Virus genome (UHGV): UHGV-0061697
Reading direction: 5' to 3' (one strand)
DNA from: a virus
DNA length: 14,426 nucleotides
This document shows positions 1 through 7,100 of this stretch, in pieces (the first letter of the stretch is position 1; each line of letters starts with the position of its first letter). A program made the translations under genes and the position numbers. The notes beneath the pieces are model-generated. The model was not told where the DNA came from. It did no database searches and was given only the letters and a program-made list of their open reading frames with translations.

Positions 1-24
1 GTTATTAGTTATCTTATTCTCAAA

Positions 25-52
25 TTGTGTTACGATAATCAGAGCTGATAAT
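25..52 (+). promoter_or_regulatory. Candidate sigma70 promoter for telN (-35 TTGTGT 25-30, -10 GATAAT 47-52, 16-nt spacer)
   Basis: Hexamers read directly from sequence; GGAG Shine-Dalgarno about 8 nt before the ATG at 66. A direct repeat GATAATC occurs at 34-40 and 47-53. No experimental support. Confidence 0.3.
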
Positions 53-65
53 CTGGAGAGGAAAG

Positions 66-1979
66 ATGAGCAAAGTAAAAATCGGTGAATTAATAAACTC
101 ACTTGTTAGCGATGTTGAGTCAATAGATAACTCTGACCGTCCTCAAGGGGAAAAAACAAAAAAAATAAAGGCTGTTGCATTAAAATTTAAAAATGCATTA
201 TTTAATGACAAGCGAAAGTTTAGGGGGAAAGGATTAGAAAAAAGAATTACAGCCAACACATTCAATGCCTATATGAGCAGGGCCAGAAAACGGTTTGATG
301 ATAAACTTCATCATAGCTTTGAAAAAAATATACATCGCCTATCTGAAAAGTATCCTTTATATAATGAGGAGCTATTGTCATGGCTTTCTCTACCTGCTGC
401 CGATATTCGCCAGAGAATGTCAGCTTTACAGGCAAAATTAAAATTAATTCTCCCTTTATCAGAAGATTTATCTAATATCAGAATTGGTGATAACAAAAGT
501 CATAATAAGTTATTAAAATTATCAAATAAATATAAAGAGTGGCAATTCGCCATATCTGATTTAACTAGCGATAACTGGAAAGATAAGCGCGATTATTTAT
601 ATAAATTACTACAGCAAGGATCTGCCTTACTTGAGGAGTTGAATCAGCTAAAAGTTAACCATGAGATTCTCTATCATCTTCAACTAAGCCCTGCCGAACG
701 CGCATCTATCCAGCAACGATGGGCGGACGTTCTGCACAATAAGAAACGTAACGTGGTGGTCATTGATTACCCTAAATATATGCAAGCTATTTACGATATT
801 ATAAATAGCCCTGCTACATTAAATAATCTAAACACTCGTTCAGGTATGGCTCCTTTGGCATTTGCACTTGCAGCATTGTCAGGAAGACGAATGATTGAGA
901 TTATGTATCAAGGTACATTTACTGTTTCTGGTAAGTATACCGTTGATTTTTTAGGCCAAGCAAAAAAAAGAACTTCTGATGATATAACCAGAAAAATATA
1001 TACATTATGCGAAGCAAAAACATTTGTTTATTTAATAAATGTACTTCGCTCATGCCCAGCAGCATCTGATTTTGATGATGTCGTTAAAGGTTATGGAGAT
1101 AACGACACACGCTCTGAAAACGGACGGATTAATGCCATATTAGCAAAGGCTTTTAACCCGTGGGTTAAATCATTTTTCAAAGATGACCGCCGTGTTTATA
1201 AAGATAGTCGTGCTATTTATGCCCGTATTGCGTATGAAATGTTTTTCCGCGTAGATCCTCGTTGGAAAAACGTAGATGAGGATGTTTTCTTTATGGAAAT
1301 TTTAGGCCATGACGATGAAAACACTCAATTACACTATAAGCAATTCAAGCTGGCCAACTTCTCAAAGACATGGAGGCCAAATACTGGAAACGAAAATACC
1401 AGGCTGGAAGCATTGCAGCAGCTTGATGACGAAATGCCAGGATTCGCCAGAGGAGATGCCGGGGTTCGTCTGCATAACACAGTTAAGCAGCTGGTAGAGC
1501 AGGACCCCTCTATAAAAATCACGAACAGCACTCTAAGAGCATTCAAATTTAGCCCTACAATGATTAGTCGATACCTGGAATTTGCTGCTGATGCTCTGGG
1601 GCAATTTGTTGGCGAAAATGGACAATGGCAGCTGAAAATAGATTCTCCAGAAATCGTTATGCCTGACGAAGAAGAGCTGGAAGCAATACCTGAACAGACG
1701 GATGAATTATCAGAGGATGACGATCTGGATGACGACGAAATTGAGATAGAGGAAGAGGAAGAGGAAGAGGAAGAGGAAGAGGAAGAGAGCGTAGAAGAAC
1801 AGCAACCGCCCGCGCCTTCTTCACCTGTATCTAAGCCGGTATTTAAGCCCGTGAGAAATATTGGTGATGGCTCATACGTTGTTGAGTTTCATTATAATGG
1901 CCAGAATTATGCTTGGTCCGGCATTGCAAACAGCCCTATATCAGCAATGCAGTTAGCATGGCTGACATATTTCGGATAA
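66..1979 (+). CDS. telN: Protelomerase (telomere resolvase) TelN, 637 aa
   Basis: Full-length ORF from track. N-terminus MSKVKIGELIN...RPQGEKTKKIKA...NALFNDKRKFRGKGLEKRITANTFNAYMSRARKRFDDKLHHSF and the C-terminal half (...RVYKDSRAIYARIAYEMFFRVDPRWKNVDEDVFFMEILGHDDENTQLHYKQFKLANF...) match my memory of phage N15 TelN almost residue for residue. Length is about that of N15 TelN (about 630 aa). GGAG RBS upstream. Identity is from recall, not a database search. Confidence 0.9.
   Translation: MSKVKIGELINSLVSDVESIDNSDRPQGEKTKKIKAVALKFKNALFNDKRKFRGKGLEKRITANTFNAYMSRARKRFDDKLHHSFEKNIHRLSEKYPLYNEELLSWLSLPAADIRQRMSALQAKLKLILPLSEDLSNIRIGDNKSHNKLLKLSNKYKEWQFAISDLTSDNWKDKRDYLYKLLQQGSALLEELNQLKVNHEILYHLQLSPAERASIQQRWADVLHNKKRNVVVIDYPKYMQAIYDIINSPATLNNLNTRSGMAPLAFALAALSGRRMIEIMYQGTFTVSGKYTVDFLGQAKKRTSDDITRKIYTLCEAKTFVYLINVLRSCPAASDFDDVVKGYGDNDTRSENGRINAILAKAFNPWVKSFFKDDRRVYKDSRAIYARIAYEMFFRVDPRWKNVDEDVFFMEILGHDDENTQLHYKQFKLANFSKTWRPNTGNENTRLEALQQLDDEMPGFARGDAGVRLHNTVKQLVEQDPSIKITNSTLRAFKFSPTMISRYLEFAADALGQFVGENGQWQLKIDSPEIVMPDEEELEAIPEQTDELSEDDDLDDDEIEIEEEEEEEEEEEEESVEEQQPPAPSSPVSKPVFKPVRNIGDGSYVVEFHYNGQNYAWSGIANSPISAMQLAWLTYFG
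1749..1787. repeat. Tandem hexanucleotide repeat (GAGGAA)x6 plus partial unit inside telN, encoding a poly-Glu tract (13 E)
   Basis: Directly visible: gaggaa repeated six times from 1749 to 1784, then gag. In frame, so slippage would change tract length by two Glu per unit. Confidence 0.95.
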
Positions 1980-2107
1980 AGCATGGCCGTAGAATCAATA
2001 CCCGCCGCCATACACACATCAGATGCAACAAACCACGGTTCGCCGTTAATCATCACTACACGAACCTGATGCTCTTCCTGAAAGGAAAATACTGCTAACG
2101 CGCTCAT
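1907..2107 (-). CDS. Short BRO-N-like antirepressor N-terminal fragment (66 aa), possibly a truncated antB-like gene
   Basis: The N-terminus MSALAVFSFQEEHQVRVVMINGEPWFVASDVC resembles the start of BRO-N/antirepressor domains (F-x-F...VR...I-x-GEPWFVA-x-DVC). The ORF ends after 66 aa and its last 73 nt lie on the opposite strand of the telN 3' end. The ATG overlaps the stop of the upstream gene (ATGA). Confidence 0.45.
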   Translation of the reverse strand: MSALAVFSFQEEHQVRVVMINGEPWFVASDVCMAAGIDSTAMLYPKYVSHANCIADIGLFAMPDQA

Positions 2108-2337
2108 TCAGCCTCCTTATCGTGCAGCAATTGCGACGAGAGCGATGCTGAATAACCCTGTGCTTCGTGTGTGAGCTCACACGCAATTTGAAGAAGTTTC
2201 CCTGCTTCTGAGAGATAAATCGACGCCTCACAACTGGAGATTGTCCGATGGGCTGATGATACGAGCGCATAGACCTGAGCCAGACGTTCATCCAACGATT
2301 CCAGCAGGCCAACAGTGTTCATTTTTACCTGATTCAT
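2104..2337 (-). CDS. Hypothetical 77-aa protein, middle gene of the immA-like operon (antA-like by position)
   Basis: ORF from track (MNQVKMNTVGLLESLDERLAQVYALV...). Start and stop both form ATGA overlaps with neighbours (icd-like upstream, BRO-N fragment downstream). The antA assignment is positional inference only. Confidence 0.45.
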   Translation of the reverse strand: MNQVKMNTVGLLESLDERLAQVYALVSSAHRTISSCEASIYLSEAGKLLQIACELTHEAQGYSASLSSQLLHDKEAE

Positions 2338-2498
2338 GCAGCCACCTCGCGCACCGGAATACGGGCAGACAATACCAGGACAAACCGGCTGGCGAACTGG
2401 CGACGAGCTTCCCGTTCAGATGACGCGATGGTGGAAAGATGATGGATGTGTGACTTTTTGTCTGTGCGAACGATTGCCGCAAATTTGAATTTGAACAT
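2334..2498 (-). CDS. icd: Icd-like small protein (cell-division inhibitor family of P1/N15 anti-immunity operons), 54 aa
   Basis: Not in the ORF track as such; I derived it by translating the minus strand from the ATG at 2498..2496, which has a GGAG about 8 nt upstream: MFKFKFAAIVRTDKKSHIHHLSTIASSEREARRQFASRFVLVLSARIPVREVAA. The S-E-R-E-A-R-R core and L-x-L-S-A-R-I-P-V tail match my memory of Icd-like proteins. Stop overlaps the next ATG. Confidence 0.55.
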   Translation of the reverse strand: MFKFKFAAIVRTDKKSHIHHLSTIASSEREARRQFASRFVLVLSARIPVREVAA

Positions 2499-2549
2499 GG
2501 TATGCACTCCGTTTAATTGGTCGTGCTACCACCAGAGTTCCTACGCTCT

Positions 2550-2632
2550 ATATGGCGGTAGCCCAGACGGGGGTAGGAATACCGGTAAACGAAGAAACCG
2601 GCCAGCTAAAAGCTGCCCCATCTGAGCCACCA
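2550..2632 (-). ncRNA. Candidate c4/CA-like antisense immunity RNA in the leader of the icd operon (boundaries approximate)
   Basis: About 370 nt of non-coding leader upstream of icd on the minus strand. It contains stable hairpins (CCGGU-N10-ACCGG, CAGCU-UUU-AGCUG), a tRNA-like 5' segment (GGUGGCUCAGAUGG), and an element UUCCUACC complementary to two identical copies of GTTCCTACGC (plus strand 2538-2547 and 2704-2713) that flank it. This arrangement recalls the P4 CI and P1 c4 systems. Ends were not determined. Confidence 0.3.
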
Positions 2633-2796
2633 TAAATTTGGTGTACGCAGATTTTACACACAAAAAAACACGCTGGCGCGTGTTGTGCGCTTCATTTACT
2701 CGGGTTCCTACGCCCGGCTACGGGATTTACCGTAGCGGAGTAAACTTTACCGTCAAAACGACGCGCACGTCAATAATTTGCAAAGACATTTTACCC

Positions 2797-2810
2797 CGTG
2801 ACCAGTCACG
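2797..2810. repeat. 14-bp palindromic motif CGTGACCAGTCACG (copy 1 of 3; extended palindrome ccccgtgaccagtcacgggg 2794-2813)
   Basis: Exact 14-mer, the reverse complement of the copies at 7477-7490 and 13483-13496. Lies in the intergenic region between the 103-aa gene and the immA leader; a T-run follows on the plus strand (gtgttttta). Confidence 0.5.
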
Positions 2811-2874
2811 GGGACAGGTGTTTTTATAATTTGCTTGAACGAGTGATCAGAAGTTGATCGTTAATCAAAGGCCA

Positions 2875-3183
2875 TTACTGATTAAGAGATTGGAAATACC
2901 TAACTAACTTACCGGCATCATCACATTTTTCTTTATCTTCGTTCTTAACATAGCCGCGACAAAAGGCTGAATAAAATTTTGCATTTTCAGAAGCAAAAGC
3001 AGCCGTCGAAAGGAGCAGCTCTTTGCATGACTCTTTTGATGCAGCATCGGGATTATTTTTACATGCAAGCTCCGCTGATGAGTTAATAACAGAAATGCTA
3101 TCTTCCTGGGCATAAACCGCAGCAGAAAAGGCAAAACATAAAACAAAAATAAAACTCTTCACTTTATCTCCTGTAACAGTCAT
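2875..3183 (-). CDS. Small secreted Cys-containing protein (about 102 aa, predicted signal peptide)
   Basis: ORF from track. N-terminus MTVTGDKVKSFIFVLCFAFSAAVYA-QEDS has the n/h/c layout of a Sec signal peptide with an AxA-like cleavage site. Mature part has 4 Cys. No lipobox. ATG at 3183 preferred over GTG at 3186. Confidence 0.5.
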   Translation of the reverse strand: MTVTGDKVKSFIFVLCFAFSAAVYAQEDSISVINSSAELACKNNPDAASKESCKELLLSTAAFASENAKFYSAFCRGYVKNEDKEKCDDAGKLVRYFQSLNQ

Positions 3184-3189
3184 CACAAT

Positions 3190-3585
3190 TCAATCAACTT
3201 TTTTAGCATCAGCCATACGATTCAACCAGGAATCAACAATCGGTTGCTCATCTACAGAATGTTTACCAGGTATAACTCGCCAGCTATCTTGCGAAAATCT
3301 GCCGTACTTACGCGGGAATAGGCCTTTCTTTATCTCCCGCCATGTACTAGGAAAACCATCCACAAAAGTACCAATTAACAGGAGAGGGACAAAAATCAGA
3401 GCTACAAACCATTGCGCAAGAAAGTGTTCAACAACAACATTTTCACCGTTGTAGTAATACGCATACGCATCCAATATGCGAATTTTCCTTACCTTAAAAA
3501 TAGCCTTATGCTGAGAACGACTTAACTTGATACGAATGTATCCCTTATCCAAAGGGGATTCGTATTTGTATGATTGAACAGCCAT
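3190..3585 (-). CDS. Hypothetical membrane protein (about 131 aa, one predicted TM helix)
   Basis: ORF from track, start moved to the ATG at 3585 (2 nt after the upstream stop). Hydrophobic segment FLAQWFVALIFVPLLLIGTFV. No recognisable family. Confidence 0.5.
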   Translation of the reverse strand: MAVQSYKYESPLDKGYIRIKLSRSQHKAIFKVRKIRILDAYAYYYNGENVVVEHFLAQWFVALIFVPLLLIGTFVDGFPSTWREIKKGLFPRKYGRFSQDSWRVIPGKHSVDEQPIVDSWLNRMADAKKVD

Positions 3586-3587
3586 TT

Positions 3588-3914
3588 TTAACCCCACTCA
3601 CCATCAGCAAACAAAGCGTTATACTCTGACAATGGTAGACGGTTGCCCTCGATGTAGAGATTCAGTTCATACTTCGTCTCCGGGTTTTCCTTGTCGGCTC
3701 GTTCCCAACGCTCAGCAGCCTTACGCGCCAATAATTCCACTGCTTTCAGATAATCCTCCGTACGGAACCAGCCAAAGATAAGGCCACGATCTGTTACAGC
3801 CCAGGCGACCTTTTTTTCTTCCTCCTGGATAGCCCTAATGCGTCGTTCGCACTCATCCCGGCAGAACTGCAGCTGACGGTAATCAAGTTTGTCCAAAAAT
3901 GCCGTAGTAGACAT
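3588..3914 (-). CDS. Hypothetical protein, 108 aa
   Basis: ORF from track (MSTTAFLDKLDYRQLQFCRDECERR...). Tightly packed between neighbours on the same strand. No family recognised. Confidence 0.5.
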   Translation of the reverse strand: MSTTAFLDKLDYRQLQFCRDECERRIRAIQEEEKKVAWAVTDRGLIFGWFRTEDYLKAVELLARKAAERWERADKENPETKYELNLYIEGNRLPLSEYNALFADGEWG

Positions 3915-3918
3915 ATTT

Positions 3919-4110
3919 TTACTCCCCGTTCACCGAAAATTCACGATAGAAACGTTTCCACATACGATAAGTCTGCGCAAATTGTTCACCACGAAACATC
4001 GCCTTCCTGGCCTTCATGTTTTCCTTGTGAGACTTTCGGTCTATGAACCAAAACCATTGATGGAACACACAAAGCAAGAGACACAAAGATAATATCCAAT
4101 CATTACCCAT
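3919..4110 (-). CDS. Small hydrophobic/basic protein (63 aa), start overlapping the repA stop
   Basis: Internal ATG of track ORF 3919..4227 (MGNDWILSLCLLLCVFHQWFWFIDRKSHKEN...). The track's longer version would overlap 125 nt of repA. One TM-like segment followed by a basic tail. Could be spurious. Confidence 0.35.
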   Translation of the reverse strand: MGNDWILSLCLLLCVFHQWFWFIDRKSHKENMKARKAMFRGEQFAQTYRMWKRFYREFSVNGE

Positions 4111-7100
4111 AGAAAGCGCCCTGCTCTTCGTAGCTGCATGAGCTATTCCCCGTAATGTATTCACGTAACCGCCGCAGCTCATTGCTGGAAAGGTGATCCA
4201 TGAACTCTGTGAGGTACAGGGATGCAAACGTCATAGCTATGCTGGCTGATGACCATGATGACATAGTGGCCAACTCCTCACTGGAAAGCGCACTCATCGC
4301 CCAGGACTCAGGTACAGCCACTGGCAACACGGCCAAAGCCTCAGAAATTACTGAATGAGGGGCGTTTTGAACCTGCTCGTTTGTGGATCGCGTTTTATCA
4401 TCCATATATATATTGAGATCCAAATCGCGATCCATTTCGATGGCTGTCTTCTCGGCTTTACGCGTTTTTAGGGTTAGGCCATCTTTCTGACGCTGAACAA
4501 GAATATCCAGCATAAATGCCGCTGATTCAGGCTCAACAAAACGCAAGGTTGGACGCTTATCGCCGTCTCTGCCGCGACGTTTACCTGTTTTAAGGCCAAG
4601 AGAGTCGCAAATGTTTTTAAACAACGCTTCCGGCACTTTAGGCTTCCCTTTTGGCGTCATAAAACCACCAATGTGCAGAACGTTATTCAACAGGTCACGG
4701 CGTTCGGCTGTCATGAGGTTATCTCGAGCGAATTTGAGACGCTCCTGAGTCGCCTCGCCGGTCATAGTCTCAGGGTTGATACCGCAGTCGATAAAGTACT
4801 GCCGGAGAGTTGCTGATTTAAGCGCATAGAAACCGCGCGCCCCGACTTCAACAGTAGGAGTAGCTTTTACCTTGTGATCGATTATTCCAGGGAATTTAGT
4901 TTTAAAGACATCATCAGCCTGCTCGCGAGTCATCGCGGTCACTACAAAATATTGCCACTGTCCCGCCTGACGGTATGCGTAGGTAAAATTGATGGCTGCT
5001 TCTTCCCGGTCGTAACGACGAGCTGTTACCTCATCTAAAAGCATTGTTTCATAGCGGCGAACTTTGTCTCGAGCACCATCGAAATAGAATTTCAGCGTGC
5101 CTTCTTCAACCGGTAGTTTCAGTTCGTTTTCAATATCCCAGCGGACAAGTTTTGCCTGTTCTTCAAGCGTCAGCGCGCGTTTTTTTAGCAGTTCTTCACG
5201 CTCTGATTCTTGTGGAGTTTCTGTATTGAGGTGCAGATCCAGTGTCTGTTCCCACACAATATCCCGCGCTTCTTTACGCAGATCTTTACCGATATCATTC
5301 GCAGCATAATCGGTGGCCAGCGGTGATACCTTATAACCGTCGCTGTGCATGATGCAGATCATGTTGCTGGCGTAGTCGTTACGCGCAGTCGCTTCAATTG
5401 CGGCTGCTTTAATTTTCATCCTGGTAAAGTCGGTATTGGCCACCCCCATTGATATACGGTCGCCATCGAAAACGACATCCGTCAGTTCACCGTTCATACC
5501 TGCGGTAGCAAGCAATGCCTGGGCGAATGCTCGTTCTATTTTTTGCGGGTCAGTTTCACGTTTTGCACGAGCTTTATCAAAGCCGATAATAAATTCTTTT
5601 GCTGTACGGTCGCGGCGTAGCATTTGCACTGCGTCGCTGGGTACAACTTCACCACAGAACATGCCGAAATGACGGTCAAAATGTTTTTGCTCAATCGACA
5701 CGCCGGATGAAATAGACGGGCTATAAATCAGGCCGTCGTATTTTTTGACCATCTTTTTCGGTTGATTGGTAAATGCTTCAACTTCTGGCTCTGGTTTGTT
5801 TTTCTGGTTTACACACAGAAATTTCTTACCAGGAAAATGCATTCTCAGGGTGGCTGTCACATCTTCTGCAAAGGTGGAGCTGTCGGTGGCCAACATGATT
5901 TTTTCGCCATCCGATACAGCTTTCACCACCTCGGTCATGATGCGATCTTTTTCTGTATAAAAAACCCGGATTGGCTCACCTGTTTCGCGGTTGCGAACAT
6001 CAACAGGTAATTCAATTACGTGGATCTGCAGCCATGCCGGTAAACCTAGTTCTTCACGGCGTTTCATAGCCAGTTCAGCCAGGTCAACCAGTAGATCGTT
6101 CGCATCAGCATCCACCATGATTGGGTGTTGTTCCGTTCTGGCCAGCGCGTCAATTAGCGTATTGAATACAGCAACCGGGTTTTCCATAGCCCGACCGGAA
6201 AGAACGGCACGTAGCCCTTGCGTGGCCTCGTCAAAGCCAAAATAGTCGTGCTGGCGCATCAACGGTTGCCAGCAGTTTTTAACAATCGAGTTTATGCAGA
6301 TGGTCAGTTTACTGGCGTATGGAGCCATTTCCTGATAGCCAGGGTCCTGATAGTGCAGGATATCGGCTTTTACACCTTTTCCTTCTGTCATCATTTCCCA
6401 CAGGCCACCAATAAGGGAGACACGGTGAGCAACAGAGATACCACGTTCTGAGCTATGCATTAACGGTCGTAACAATCCAGTAGATTTGCCGGAACCCATA
6501 CCAGCACGGACGATGACTATCCCCTGTAGTGATTGCACGTACTTCAGGACATCATCGGTCATTACCGAAGTTTCAAAACGCTTATAGGTGATATGTTGAG
6601 GGCGTTTATTGGGATCAGTTATGCGTTCGCTGAAAGAGCGCGGAGCCTGGGCAATACGGCACTTTTTATTCAGGCGACGGGCAATGTGGTCTTTTACCGT
6701 AGCACGATAGATATTTTCCAGTCCCATTTCACGCAGAACGATGCAGAACATGTTAAATAAATCTGACGGACTGTTAGGAACCGGGCAGGTTAGCATGCCA
6801 ATATCCACCGCTCTCAGCAGCTCTTTGGCAAAAGTACGACGGTTATCCCGCTTAATTGTCTTCAGGCGGTTGAGCGTCAGAGATAGCAAATCAGTACCGG
6901 TTTTCAGGCGGTTTGCTGTTGCAAATAGTTGACGTGCTGTTTCACGAAGTCCACGTAGTTTGTGCAGGTCGTTGAAGTCACTGCACTCCATTTGCGGATC
7001 GTCTTCAAAAGTTGGATAGACGCAGCGGACATCGTTGAATTTCGATAAGATTTCATAGCCAGTCCGCAGGCCGGTATTCCCTTTTCCTTCTGTGGCAGAT

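Noticed and set aside
311-1546. Small ORFs on both strands inside telN (311..496, 1309..1497, 1334..1546)
   Set aside because: Embedded in the protelomerase coding sequence; shadow frames.
2560-2632. tRNA-like start (GGTGGCTCAGATGG) on the minus strand suggested a tRNA gene
   Set aside because: I could not fold a complete cloverleaf with acceptor stem and anticodon arm; better interpreted as part of a structured regulatory RNA.
2046-2829. Alternative-frame ORFs in the immA region (2046..2312 -, 2241..2423 +, 2288..2482 -, 2638..2829 +)
   Set aside because: The icd-like, antA-like and BRO-N frames have RBSs and ATGA coupling and better protein-like composition; the alternatives overlap them or the structured leader.
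1980-2870. Searched for the telomere resolution site (large palindrome, about 50 bp or more) downstream of telN
   Set aside because: Only a 20-bp palindrome (2794-2813) was found, and its core recurs twice elsewhere, so it is not the unique telRL/tos site.
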